Assembly: GCA_002269645.1 (NCBI GenBank) | Contig: NIVC01000391.1 | Span: 372,001-436,000 of the forward strand | DNA from: Macrostomum lignano | Taxonomy: Eukaryota | Length of the DNA stretch: 64,000 bases | Direction of reading: 5' to 3' | In this document: positions 10,031 through 24,317 of the stretch, in pieces | How the letters are laid out: each line of letters opens with the position of its first letter | How positions within the stretch are numbered: position 1 is the first letter of the stretch | Program-made: the position numbers and the translations under genes | The notes under the pieces: model-generated | The model's input: only the letters and a program-made list of their open reading frames with translations | The model's database searches: none | Told to the model about the DNA's origin: nothing

Positions 10031-13000
10031 ACAGCGGCCCCAATCGGTCCTACACTACTCAAAGCTGAGAACCTCAGGGGGAGCAGCGGCCCAATCGGTC
10101 CTACACTACTCAAAGCTGAGGACCTGAGGGGGAGCAGCGGCCCAATCGGTCCTACACTACTCAAAGCTGAGGACCTCAGGGGAGCAGCGGCCCCAATCGG
10201 TCTTACACTACTCAAAGCTGAGGACCTGAGGGGAGCAGCGGCCCCAATCGGTCCTACACTACTCAAAGCTGAGGACTTCAGGGGGAGCAGCGGCCCAATC
10301 GGTCCTACACTACTCAAAGCTGAGGACCTGAGGGGGAGCAGCGGCCCCAATCGGTCCTACACTACTCAAAGCTGAGGACCTCAGGGGAGCAGCGGCCCAA
10401 TCGGTCCTACACTACTCAAAGCTGAGGACCTCAGGGGAGCAGCGGCCCAATCGGTCCTACACTACTCAAAGCTGAGGACCTCAAGGGAGCAGCGGCCCCA
10501 ATCGGTCTTACACTACTCAAAGCTGAGGACCTGAGGGGAGCAGCGGCCCAATCGGTCCAACACTACTCAAAGCTGAGGACCTCAGGGGAGCAGCGGCCCA
10601 ATCGGTCCTACACTACTCAAAGCTGAGGACCTGAGGGGAGCAGCGGCCCCAATCGGTCCTACACTACTCAAAGCTGAGGACCTGAGGGGAGCAGCGGCCC
10701 AATCGGTCCTACACTACTCAAAGCTGAGGACCTCAGGGGAGCAGCGGCCCCAATCGGTCCTACACTACTCAAAGCTGAGGACCTGAGGGGGAGCAGCGGC
10801 CCAATCGGTCCTACACTACTCAAAGCTGAGGACCTCAGGGGAGCAGCGGCCCCAATCGGTCTTACACTACTCAAAGCTGAGGACCTGAGGGGAGCAGCGG
10901 CCCCAATCGGTCCTACACTACTCAAAGCTGAGGACCTCAGGGGGAGCAGCGGCCCAATCAGTCCTACACTACTCAAAGCTGAGGACCTGAGGGGAGCAGC
11001 GGCCCAATCGGTCCTACACTACTCAAAGCTGAGGACCTCAGGGGAGCAGCGGCCCAATCGGTCCTACACTACTCAAAGCTGAGGACCTGAGGGGAGCAGC
11101 GGCCCAATCGGTCCTACACTACTCAAAGCTGAGGACCTGAGGGGAGCAGCGGCCCAATCGGTCCTACACTACTCAAAGCTGAGGACCTGAGGGGAGCAGC
11201 GGCCCAATCGGTCCTACACTACTCAAAGCTGAGGACCTCAGGGGAGCAGCGGCCCAATCGGTCCTACACTACTCAAAGCTGAGGACCTCAGGGGAGCAGC
11301 GGCCCAATCGGTCCTACACTACTCAAAGCTGAGGACCTGAGGGGAGCAGCGGCCCCAATCGGTCCTACACTACTCAAAGCTGAGGACCTGAGGGGAGCAG
11401 CGGCCCAATCGGTCCTACACTACTCAAAGCTGAGGACCTCAGGGGAGCAGCGGCCCAATCGGTCCTACACTACTCAAAGCTGAGGACCTCAGGGGAGCAG
11501 CGGCCCCAATCGGTCTTACACTACTCAAAGCTGAGGACCTGAGGGGAGCAGCGGCCCAATCGGTCCTACACTACTCAAAGCTGAGGACCTCAGGGGAGCA
11601 GCGGCCCAATCGGTCCTACACTACTCAAAGCTGAGGACCTCAGGGGAGCAGCGGCCCAATCGGTCCTACACTACTCAAAGCTGAGGACCTCAGGGGAGCA
11701 GCGGCCCAATCGGTCTACACTACTCAAAGCTGAGGACCTCAGGGGAGCAGCGGCCCAATCGGTCCTACACTACTCAAAGCTGAGGACCTCAGGGGAGCAG
11801 CGGCCCAATCGGTCCTACACTACTCAAAGCTGAGGACCTGAGGGGAGCAGCGGCCCAATCGGTCCTACACTACTCAAAGCTGAGGACCTCAGGGGAGCAG
11901 CGGCCCCAATCGGTCCTACACTACTCAAAGCTGAGGACCTGAGGGGAGCAGCGGCCCCAATCGGTCCTACACTACTCAAAGCTGAGGACCTGAGGGGAGC
12001 AGCGGCCCAATCGGTCCTACACTACTCAAAGCTGAGGACCTGAGGGGAGCAGCGGCCCAATCGGTCCTACACTACTCAAAGCTGAGGACCTGAGGGGAGC
12101 AGCGGCCCAATCGGTCCTACACTACTCAAAGCTGAGGACCTGAGGGGAGCAGCGGCCCCAATCGGTCCTACACTACTCAAAGCTGAGGACCTCAGGGGAG
12201 CAGCGGCCCAATCGGTCCTACACTACTCAAAGCTGAGGACCTGAGGGGAGCAGCGGCCCAATCGGTCCTACACTACTCAAAGCTGAGGACCTCAGGGGAG
12301 CAGCGGCCCAATCGGTCCTACACTACTCAAAGCTGAGGACCTGAGGGGAGCAGCGGCCCAATCGGTCCTACACTACTCAAAGCTGAGGACCTCAGGGGAG
12401 CAGCGGCCCAATCGTCCTACACTACTCAAAGCTGAGGACCTGAGGGGAGCAGCGGCCCAATCGGTCCTACACTACTCAAAGCTGAGGACCTCAGGGGAGC
12501 AGCGGCCCAATCGGTCCTACACTACTCAAAGCTGAGGACCTCAGGGGAGCAGCGGCCCAATCGGTCCTACACTACTCAAAGCTGAGGACCTGAGGGGAGC
12601 AGCGGCCCAATCGGTCCTACACTACTCAAAGCTGAGGACCTGAGGGGAGCAGCGGCCCAATCGGTCCTACACTACTCAAAGCTGAGGACCTGAGGGGAGC
12701 AGCGGCCCAATCGGTCCTACACTACTCAAAGCTGAGGACCTGAGGGGAGCAGCGGCCCAATCGGTCCTACACTACTCAAAGCTGAGGACCTGAGGGGAGC
12801 AGCGGCCCAATCGGTCCTACACTACTCAAAGCTGAGGACCTGAGGGGAGCAGCGGCCCAATCGGTCCTACACTACTCAAAGCTGAGGACCTGAGGGGAGC
12901 AGCGGCCCAATCGGTCCTACACTACTCAAAGCTGAGGACCTGAGGGGAGCAGCGGCCCAATCGGTCCTACACTACTCAAAGCTGAGGACCTGAGGGGAGC

Positions 13001-16000
13001 AGCGGCCCAATCGGTCCTACACTACTCAAAGCTGAGGACCTCAGGGGAGCAGCGGCCCAATCGGTCCTACACTACTCAAAGCTGAGGACCTGAGGGGAGC
13101 AGCGGCCCCAATCGGTCCTACACTACTCAAAGCTGAGGACCTCAGGGGAGCAGCGGCCCAATCGGTCCTACACTACTCAAAGCTGAGGACCTCAGGGGAG
13201 CAGCGGCCCAATCGGTCCTACACTACTCAAAGCTGAGGACCTGAGGGGAGCAGCGGCCCAATCGGTCCTACACTACTCAAAGCTGAGGACCTGAGGGGAG
13301 CAGCGGCCCAATCGGTCCTACACTACTCAAAGCTGAGGACCTCAGGGGAGCAGCGGCCCAATCGGTCCTACACTACTCAAAGCTGAGGACCTGAGGGGAG
13401 CAGCGGCCCAATCGGTCCTACACTACTCAAAGCTGAGGACCTCAGGGGAGCAGCGGCCCAATCGGTCCTACACTACTCAAAGCTGAGGACCTGAGGGGAG
13501 CAGCGGCCCAATCGGTCCTACACTACTCAAAGCTGAGGACCTGAGGGGAGCAGCGGCCCAATCGGTCCTACACTACTCAAAGCTGAGGACCTGAGGGGAG
13601 CAGCGGCCCAATCGGTCCTACACTACTCAAAGCTGAGGACCTCAGGGGAGCAGCGGCCCAATCGGTCCTACACTACTCAAAGCTGAGGACCTCAGGGGAG
13701 CAGCGGCCCAATCGGTCCTACACTACTCAAAGCTGAGGACCTGAGGGGAGCAGCGGCCCAATCGGTCCTACACTACTCAAAGCTGAGGACCTGAGGGGAG
13801 CAGCGGCCCAATCGGTCCTACACTACTCAAAGCTGAGGACCTCAGGGGAGCAGCGGCCCAATCGGTCCTACACTACTCAAAGCTGAGGACCTCAGGGGAG
13901 CAGCGGCCCAATCGGTCCTACACTACTCAAAGCTGAGGACCTCAGGGGAGCAGCGGCCCAATCGGTCCTACACTACTCAAAGCTGAGGACCTGAGGGAGC
14001 AGCGGCCCAATCGGTCCTACACTACTCAAAGCTGAGGACCTCAGGGGAGCAGCGGCCCAATCGGTCCTACACTACTCAAAGCTGAGGACCTCAGGGGAGC
14101 AGCGGCCCAATCGGTCCTACACTACTCAAAGCTGAGGACCTCAGGGGAGCAGCGGCCCAATCGGTCCTACACTACTCAAAGCTGAGGACCTCAGGGGAGC
14201 AGCGGCCCAATCGGTCCTACACTACTCAAAGCTGAGGACCTGAGGGGAGCAGCGGCCCAATCGGTCCTACACTACTCAAAGCTGAGGACCTCAGGGGAGC
14301 AGCGGCCCAATCGGTCCTACACTACTCAAAGCTGAGGACCTGAGGGGAGCAGCGGCCCAATCGGTCCTACACTACTCAAAGCTGAGGACCTCAGGGGAGC
14401 AGCGGCCCAATCGGTCCTACACTACTCAAAGCTGAGGACCTGAGGGGAGCAGCGGCCCAATCGGTCCTACACTACTCAAAGCTGAGGACCTGAGGGGAGC
14501 AGCGGCCCAATCGGTCCTACACTACTCAAAGCTGAGGACCTGAGGGGAGCAGCGGCCCAATCGGTCCTACACTACTCAAAGCTGAGGACCTCAGGGGAGC
14601 AGCGGCCCAATCGGTCCTACACTACTCAAAGCTGAGGACCTGAGGGGAGCAGCGGCCCAATCGGTCCTACACTACTCAAAGCTGAGGACCTGAGGGGAGC
14701 AGCGGCCCAATCGGTCCTACACTACTCAAAGCTGAGGACCTGAGGGGAGCAGCGGCCCAATCGGTCCTACACTACTCAAAGCTGAGGACCTCAGGGGAGC
14801 AGCGGCCCAATCGGTCCTACACTACTCAAAGCTGAGGACCTCAGGGGAGCAGCGGCCCAATCGGTCCTACACTACTCAAAGCTGAGGACCTCAGGGGAGC
14901 AGCGGCCCAATCGGTCCTACACTACTCAAAGCTGAGGACCTCAGGGGAGCAGCGGCCCAATCGGTCCTACACTACTCAAAGCTGAGGACCTGAGGGGAGC
15001 AGCGGCCCAATCGGTCCTACACTACTCAAAGCTGAGGACCTGAGGGGAGCAGCGGCCCAATCGGTCCTACACTACTCAAAGCTGAGGACCTGAGGGGAGC
15101 AGCGGCCCAATCGGTCCTACACTACTCAAAGCTGAGGACCTGAGGGGAGCAGCGGCCCAATCGGTCCTACACTACTCAAAGCTGAGGACCTGAGGGGAGC
15201 AGCGGCCCAATCGGTCCTACACTACTCAAAGCTGAGGACCTGAGGGGAGCAGCGGCCCAATCGGTCCTACACTACTCAAAGCTGAGGACCTGAGGGGAGC
15301 AGCGGCCCAATCGGTCCTACACTACTCAAAGCTGAGGACCTCAGGGGAGCAGCGGCCCAATCGGTCCTACACTACTCAAAGCTGAGGACCTGAGGGGAGC
15401 AGCGGCCCAATCGGTCCTACACTACTCAAAGCTGAGGACCTGAGGGGAGCAGCGGCCCAATCGGTCCTACACTACTCAAAGCTGAGGACCTGAGGGGAGC
15501 AGCGGCCCAATCGGTCCTACACTACTCAAAGCTGAGGACCTCAGGGGAGCAGCGGCCCAATCGGTCCTACACTACTCAAAGCTGAGGACCTGAGGGGAGC
15601 AGCGGCCCAATCGGTCCTACACTACTCAAAGCTGAGGACCTCAGGGGAGCAGCGGCCCAATCGGTCCTACACTACTCAAAGCTGAGGACCTGAGGGGGAG
15701 CAGCGGCCCAATCGGTCCTACACTACTCAAAGCTGAGGACCTGAGGGGAGCAGCGGCCCAATCGGTCCTACACTACTCAAAGCTGAGGACCTGAGGGGAG
15801 CAGCGGCCCAATCGGTCCTACACTACTCAAAGCTGAGGACCTCAGGGGAGCAGCGGCCCAATCGGTCCTACACTACTCAAAGCTGAGGACCTCAGGGGAG
15901 CAGCGGCCCAATCGGTCCTACACTACTCAAAGCTGAGGACCTGAGGGGAGCAGCGGCCCAATCGGTCCTACACTACTCAAAGCTGAGGACCTGAGGGGAG

Positions 16001-19000
16001 CAGCGGCCCAATCGGTCCTACACTACTCAAAGCTGAGGACCTGAGGGGAGCAGCGGCCCAATCGGTCCTACACTACTCAAAGCTGAGGACCTCAGGGGAG
16101 CAGCGGCCCAATCGGTCCTACACTACTCAAAGCTGAGGACCTGAGGGGAGCAGCGGCCCAATCGGTCCTACACTACTCAAAGCTGAGGACCTCAGGGGAG
16201 CAGCGGCCCAATCGGTCCTACACTACTCAAAGCTGAGGACCTGAGGGGAGCAGCGGCCCAATCGGTCCTACACTACTCAAAGCTGAGGACCTCAGGGGAG
16301 CAGCGGCCCAATCGGTCCTACACTACTCAAAGCTGAGGACCTGAGGGGAGCAGCGGCCCAATCGGTCCTACACTACTCAAAGCTGAGGACCTGAGGGGAG
16401 CAGCGGCCCAATCGGTCCTACACTACTCAAAGCTGAGGACCTGAGGGGAGCAGCGGCCCAATCGGTCCTACACTACTCAAAGCTGAGGACCTCAGGGGAG
16501 CAGCGGCCCAATCGGTCCTACACTACTCAAAGCTGAGGACCTGAGGGGAGCAGCGGCCCAATCGGTCCTACACTACTCAAAGCTGAGGACCTGAGGGGAG
16601 CAGCGGCCCAATCGGTCCTACACTACTCAAAGCTGAGGACCTGAGGGGAGCAGCGGCCCAATCGGTCCTACACTACTCAAAGCTGAGGACCTGAGGGGAG
16701 CAGCGGCCCAATCGGTCCTACACTACTCAAAGCTGAGGACCTCAGGGGAGCAGCGGCCCAATCGGTCCTACACTACTCAAAGCTGAGGACCTGAGGGGAG
16801 CAGCGGCCCAATCGGTCCTACACTACTCAAAGCTGAGGACCTCAGGGGAGCAGCGGCCCAATCGGTCCTACACTACTCAAAGCTGAGGACCTGAGGGGAG
16901 CAGCGGCCCAATCGGTCCTACACTACTCAAAGCTGAGGACCTGAGGGGAGCAGCGGCCCAATCGGTCCTACACTACTCAAAGCTGAGGACCTGAGGGGAG
17001 CAGCGGCCCAATCGGTCCTACACTACTCAAAGCTGAGGACCTGAGGGGAGCAGCGGCCCAATCGGTCCTACACTACTCAAAGCTGAGGACCTGAGGGGAG
17101 CAGCGGCCCAATCGGTCCTACACTACTCAAAGCTGAGGACCTGAGGGGAGCAGCGGCCCAATCGGTCCTACACTACTCAAAGCTGAGGACCTCAGGGGAG
17201 CAGCGGCCCAATCGGTCCTACACTACTCAAAGCTGAGGACCTGAGGGGAGCAGCGGCCCAATCGGTCCTACACTACTCAAAGCTGAGGACCTCAGGGGAG
17301 CAGCGGCCCAATCGGTCCTACACTACTCAAAGCTGAGGACCTGAGGGGAGCAGCGGCCCAATCGGTCCTACACTACTCAAAGCTGAGGACCTGAGGGGAG
17401 CAGCGGCCCAATCGGTCCTACACTACTCAAAGCTGAGGACCTGAGGGGAGCAGCGGCCCAATCGGTCCTACACTACTCAAAGCTGAGGACCTGGGGGAGC
17501 AGCGGCCCAATCGGTCCTACACTACTCAAAGCTGAGGACCTCAGGGGAGCAGCGGCCCAATCGGTCCTACACTACTCAAAGCTGAGGACCTGAGGGGAGC
17601 AGCGGCCCAATCGGTCCTACACTACTCAAAGCTGAGGACCTCAGGGGAGCAGCGGCCCAATCGGTCCTACACTACTCAAAGCTGAGGACCTGAGGGGAGC
17701 AGCGGCCCAATCGGTCCTACACTACTCAAAGCTGAGGACCTGAGGGGAGCAGCGGCCCAATCGGTCCTACACTACTCAAAGCTGAGGACCTCAGGGGAGC
17801 AGCGGCCCAATCGGTCCTACACTACTCAAAGCTGAGGACCTGAGGGGAGCAGCGGCCCAATCGGTCCTACACTACTCAAAGCTGAGGACCTCAGGGGAGC
17901 AGCGGCCCAATCGGTCCTACACTACTCAAAGCTGAGGACCTGAGGGGAGCAGCGGCCCAATCGGTCCTACACTACTCAAAGCTGAGGACCTGGGGGAGCA
18001 GCGGCCCAATCGGTCCTACACTACTCAAAGCTGAGGACCTGAGGGGAGCAGCGGCCCAATCGGTCCTACACTACTCAAAGCTGAGGACCTGAGGGGAGCA
18101 GCGGCCCAATCGGTCCTACACTACTCAAAGCTGAGGACCTGAGGGGAGCAGCGGCCCAATCGGTCCTACACTACTCAAAGCTGAGGACCTCAGGGGAGCA
18201 GCGGCCCAATCGGTCCTACACTACTCAAAGCTGAGGACCTGAGGGGAGCAGCGGCCCAATCGGTCCTACACTACTCAAAGCTGAGGACCTGAGGGGAGCA
18301 GCGGCCCAATCGGTCCTACACTACTCAAAGCTGAGGACCTCAGGGGAGCAGCGGCCCAATCGGTCCTACACTACTCAAAGCTGAGGACCTGAGGGGAGCA
18401 GCGGCCCAATCGGTCCTACACTACTCAAAGCTGAGGACCTGAGGGGAGCAGCGGCCCAATCGGTCCTACACTACTCAAAGCTGAGGACCTGAGGGGAGCA
18501 GCGGCCCAATCGGTCCTACACTACTCAAAGCTGAGGACCTGAGGGGAGCAGCGGCCCAATCGGTCCTACACTACTCAAAGCTGAGGACCTGAGGGGAGCA
18601 GCGGCCCAATCGGTCCTACACTACTCAAAGCTGAGGACCTGAGGGGAGCAGCGGCCCAATCGGTCCTACACTACTCAAAGCTGAGGACCTCAGGGGGAGC
18701 AGCGGCCCAATCGGTCCTACACTACTCAAAGCTGAGGACCTGAGGGGAGCAGCGGCCCAATCGGTCCTACACTACTCAAAGCTGAGGACCTGAGGGGAGC
18801 AGCGGCCCAATCGGTCCTACACTACTCAAAGCTGAGGACCTGAGGGGAGCAGCGGCCCAATCGGTCCTACACTACTCAAAGCTGAGGACCTCAGGGGAGC
18901 AGCGGCCCAATCGGTCCTACACTACTCAAAGCTGAGGACCTGAGGGGAGCAGCGGCCCAATCGGTCCTACACTACTCAAAGCTGAGGACCTGAGGGGAGC

Positions 19001-22000
19001 AGCGGCCCAATCGGTCCTACACTACTCAAAGCTGAGGACCTGAGGGGAGCAGCGGCCCAATCGGTCCTACACTACTCAAAGCTGAGGACCTCAGGGGAGC
19101 AGCGGCCCAATCGGTCCTACACTACTCAAAGCTGAGGACCTGAGGGGAGCAGCGGCCCAATCGGTCCTACACTACTCAAAGCTGAGGACCTCAGGGGAGC
19201 AGCGGCCCAATCGGTCCTACACTACTCAAAGCTGAGGACCTCAGGGGAGCAGCGGCCCAATCGGTCCTACACTACTCAAAGCTGAGGACCTCAGGGGAGC
19301 AGCGGCCCAATCGGTCCTACACTACTCAAAGCTGAGGACCTCAGGGGAGCAGCGGCCCAATCGGTCCTACACTACTCAAAGCTGAGGACCTCAGGGGAGC
19401 AGCGGCCCAATCGGTCCTACACTACTCAAAGCTGAGGACCTGAGGGGAGCAGCGGCCCAATCGGTCCTACACTACTCAAAGCTGAGGACCTGAGGGGAGC
19501 AGCGGCCCAATCGGTCCTACACTACTCAAAGCTGAGGACCTCAGGGGAGCAGCGGCCCAATCGGTCCTACACTACTCAAAGCTGAGGACCTCAGGGGAGC
19601 AGCGGCCCAATCGGTCCTACACTACTCAAAGCTGAGGACCTGAGGGGAGCAGCGGCCCAATCGGTCCTACACTACTCAAAGCTGAGGACCTGAGGGGAGC
19701 AGCGGCCCAATCGGTCCTACACTACTCAAAGCTGAGGACCTGAGGGGAGCAGCGGCCCAATCGGTCCTACACTACTCAAAGCTGAGGACCTGAGGGGAGC
19801 AGCGGCCCAATCGGTCCTACACTACTCAAAGCTGAGGACCTCAGGGGAGCAGCGGCCCAATCGGTCCTACACTACTCAAAGCTGAGGACCTGAGGGGAGC
19901 AGCGGCCCAATCGGTCCTACACTACTCAAAGCTGAGGACCTGAGGGGAGCAGCGGCCCAATCGGTCCTACACTACTCAAAGCTGAGGACCTGAGGGGAGC
20001 AGCGGCCCAATCGGTCCTACACTACTCAAAGCTGAGGACCTGAGGGGAGCAGCGGCCCAATCGGTCCTACACTACTCAAAGCTGAGGACCTGAGGGGAGC
20101 AGCGGCCCAATCGGTCCTACACTACTCAAAGCTGAGGACCTCAGGGGAGCAGCGGCCCAATCGGTCCTACACTACTCAAAGCTGAGGACCTGAGGGGAGC
20201 AGCGGCCCAATCGGTCCTACACTACTCAAAGCTGAGGACCTCAGGGGAGCAGCGGCCCAATCGGTCCTACACTACTCAAAGCTGAGGACCTGAGGGGAGC
20301 AGCGGCCCAATCGGTCCTACACTACTCAAAGCTGAGGACCTCAGGGGAGCAGCGGCCCAATCGGTCCTACACTACTCAAAGCTGAGGACCTCAGGGGAGC
20401 AGCGGCCCAATCGGTCCTACACTACTCAAAGCTGAGGACCTGAGGGGAGCAGCGGCCCAATCGGTCCTACACTACTCAAAGCTGAGGACCTGAGGGGAGC
20501 AGCGGCCCAATCGGTCCTACACTACTCAAAGCTGAGGACCTGAGGGGAGCAGCGGCCCAATCGGTCCTACACTACTCAAAGCTGAGGACCTGAGGGGAGC
20601 AGCGGCCCAATCGGTCCTACACTACTCAAAGCTGAGGACCTGAGGGGAGCAGCGGCCCAATCGGTCCTACACTACTCAAAGCTGAGGACCTGAGGGGAGC
20701 AGCGGCCCAATCGGTCCTACACTACTCAAAGCTGAGGACCTGAGGGGAGCAGCGGCCCAATCGGTCCTACACTACTCAAAGCTGAGGACCTGAGGGGAGC
20801 AGCGGCCCAATCGGTCCTACACTACTCAAAGCTGAGGACCTGAGGGGAGCAGCGGCCCAATCGGTCCTACACTACTCAAAGCTGAGGACCTGAGGGGAGC
20901 AGCGGCCCAATCGGTCCTACACTACTCAAAGCTGAGGACCTGAGGGGAGCAGCGGCCCAATCGGTCCTACACTACTCAAAGCTGAGGACCTGAGGGGAGC
21001 AGCGGCCCAATCGGTCCTACACTACTCAAAGCTGAGGACCTGAGGGGAGCAGCGGCCCAATCGGTCCTACACTACTCAAAGCTGAGGACCTCAGGGGAGC
21101 AGCGGAGCAGCGGCCCAATCGGTCCTACACTACTCAAAGCTGAGGACCTGAGGGGAGCAGCGGCCCAATCGGTCCTACACTACTCAAAGCTGAGGACCTC
21201 AGAATCGGTCCTACACTACTCAAAGCTGAGGACCTGAGGGGAGCAGCGGCCCAATCGGTCCTACACTACTCAAAGCTGAGGACCTGAGGGGAGCAGCGGC
21301 CCAATCGGTCCTACACTACTCAAAGCTGAGGACCTGAGGGGAGCAGCGGCCCAATCGGTCCTACACTACTCAAAGCTGAGGACCTGAGGGGAGCAGCGGC
21401 CCAATCGGTCCTACACTACTCAAAGCTGAGGACCTGAGGGGAGCAGCGGCCCAATCGGTCCTACACTACTCAAAGCTGAGGACCTGAGGGGAGCAGCGGC
21501 CCAATCGGTCCTACACTACTCAAAGCTGAGGACCTGAGGGGAGCAGCGGCCCAATCGGTCCTACACTACTCAAAGCTGAGGACCTGAGGGGAGCAGCGGC
21601 CCAATCGGTCCTACACTACTCAAAGCTGAGGACCTCAGGGGAGCAGCGGCCCAATCGGTCCTACACTACTCAAAGCTGAGGACCTGAGGGGAGCAGCGGC
21701 CCAATCGGTCCTACACTACTCAAAGCTGAGGACCTGAGGGGAGCAGCGGCCCAATCGGTCCTACACTACTCAAAGCTGAGGACCTGAGGGGAGCAGCGGC
21801 CCAATCGGTCCTACACTACTCAAAGCTGAGGACCTGAGGGGAGCAGCGGCCCAATCGGTCCTACACTACTCAAAGCTGAGGACCTGAGGGGAGCAGCGGC
21901 CCAATCGGTCCTACACTACTCAAAGCTGAGGACCTCAGGGGAGCAGCGGCCCAATCGGTCCTACACTACTCAAAGCTGAGGACCTCAGGGGAGCAGCGGC

Positions 22001-22330
22001 CCAATCGGTCCTACACTACTCAAAGCTGAGGACCTCAGGGGAGCAGCGGCCCAATCGGTCCTACACTACTCAAAGCTGAGGACCTCAGGGGAGCAGCGGC
22101 CCAATCGGTCTACACTACTCAAAGCTGAGGACCTCAGGGGAGCAGCGGCCCAATCGGTCCTACACTACTCAAAGCTGAGGACCTCAGGGGAGCAGCGGCC
22201 CAATCGGTCCTACACTACTCAAAGCTGAGGACCTCAGGGGAGCAGCGGCCCAATCGGTCCTACACTACTCAAAGCTGAGGACCTCAGGGGAGCAGCGGCC
22301 CAATCGGTACACTACTCAAAGCTGAGGACC
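10031..22330. repeat. Satellite array, 50-bp unit CTCAAAGCTGAGGACCT(C/G)AGGGGAGCAGCGGCCCAATCGGTCCTACACTA, about 245 copies
   Basis: Exact 50-bp periodicity in the core, one C/G dimorphic site, homopolymer-length variants concentrated at the left edge. Confidence 0.99.
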
Positions 22331-22454
22331 TAGGGGAGCAGAATCGGTCACACTACTGCTGAGGACCTAGGGGAGCAGAATCGCCTACACTACTGCTGAG
22401 GACCTAAGCAAATCTCATGTACTACTCAAAGCTAGGACTCAGATCTGCACCTTT

Positions 22455-23212
22455 GGACTGATCTACACATCTCTGTGTAGATTACTAGGACTGATCTGCA
22501 CATCTCTGTGTAGATTTACTAGGACTGATCTGCACATCTCTGTGTAGATTTACTAGGACTGATCTGCACATCTCTGTGTAGAATTACTAGGACTGATCTG
22601 CACATCTCTGTGTAGATTCACTAGGACTGATCTGCACATCTCTGTGTAGATTTACTAGGACTGATCTACACATCTCTTTAGATTCACTAGGACTGATCTA
22701 CACATCTCTGTGTAGATTTACTAGGACTGATCTGCACATCTCTTTAGATTCACTAGGACTGATCTACACATCTCTTTAGATTCACTAGGACTGATCTACA
22801 CATCTCTTTAGATTCACTAGGACTGATCTACACATCTCTTTAGATTCACTAGGACTGATCTACACATCTCTTTAGATTCACTAGGACTGATCTACACATC
22901 TCTGTGTAGAATTACTAGGACTGATCTACACATCTCTGTATAGAATTACTAGGACTGATCTACACATCTCTGTATAGAATTACTAGGACTGATCTACACA
23001 TCTCTTTAGATTCACTAGGACTGATCTACACATCTCTGTGTAGATTTTCTAGGACTGATCTACACATCTCTTTAGATTCACTAGGACTGATCTACACATC
23101 TCTGTGTAGATTTTCTAGGACTGATCTACACATCTCTGTGTAGATTTTCTAGGACTGATCTACACATCTCTTTAGATTCACTAGGACTGATCTACAAATC
23201 TCTTTAGATTCA
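22455..23212. repeat. 32/34-bp tandem array CTAGGACTGATCT(A/G)CACATCTCT(GTG/T)TAGA(T/A)T(T/C)A, about 23 copies
   Basis: Direct inspection; internal inverted repeat ATCTACACA-TCTC-TGTGTAGAT in the long variant. Confidence 0.95.
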
Positions 23213-23631
23213 CTTACTCGAGCTCAGACGCCAAGAGATTAGATTTTAGCGAGCTATTTTTTTAAATAACAAAGGAAAAAGCGTCCAAAACGCATAATTA
23301 TTAATGAAACCGCATTTTCACTACTCGGCTGCATCCATCTGCTCTGTCCCACTGCTCAACCACTCACACTATCTGGTTCCCACTGGTTACTGTGCCAGGC
23401 GAAAGCAGAAACTAATTGCAGCCCAACCCCTGCCCTCTCAGCCAAGCCCACTGACCTCCAGCCTCTCCTCTCCATCCCTTCAAACTAATGGCTGAGCTGG
23501 CGCGCCCCAGCAATCAATCAATTAGCATAATCTGCTCTGCCTGGCAAGTCTGCGCGTGCCCAACAGCCGCAGCTGGGGCTTCCGCTGGTGCTCATTCGGC
23601 ATTCGCCAGAACCAGAAATATGAAAAACAGT

Positions 23632-23710
<79 letters not shown>
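23632..23710. repeat. (GA)n microsatellite
   Basis: Direct inspection. Confidence 0.98.
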
Positions 23711-23712
<2 letters not shown>

Positions 23713-24317
23713 AGCTGACAATCTGGGCTGCCAGCCAGATTAGAGCGTGTCGGGGATTGCGTGGGCTGTGAGAAAGCGCCAAGGACAGGTGGCTGCCGGG
23801 CGTGCCTGCCCGAATCTCTGTGGAACATACAAAACCTGCTCACTTTGAGTTGCGGAGTCCGTGCTGAGATCTGCAGCCTGTTGTCCGGTGCGGTGCGCAG
23901 AGATTTTTTAGAAGCCATGGGGCCAGAAGGCCAGTTTTTTAAAGGGATAAAAATCCCATTTCTACTGAAGTAGCTACCCAATAGGAATTTCGGGCCAATA
24001 GGAAACTAAGGGAATCAGGTTTTGGTCAAATTTGGATTGCTGACATGCGTGCAAGCTCTGCCGCTTTGTAACTGCGGGAGCATTAAGTCCTTCCTTGCAA
24101 TGGGTGTGCTCAGTTACAGAGGGCCGTATGTATAAAGCCTAGTCCAGACTAGCTAGTCCGGACTTGGGTGTTCAGTCTATAGTCTATGGTCTAGCTACCT
24201 TAGTTATGTCTATAGTAGACCGGTCTAACTTTGTGTTTCTGCATACCAAATCCAAGTCTAGACTAGCTTTTCAAGACCGGACTACCCTAGACAGAGCTTT
24301 CTGCATACGGCCTAGAG

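Noticed and set aside
22455-23212. CRISPR-like array of palindromic repeats
   Set aside because: No unique spacers, no cas genes, and a eukaryotic context.
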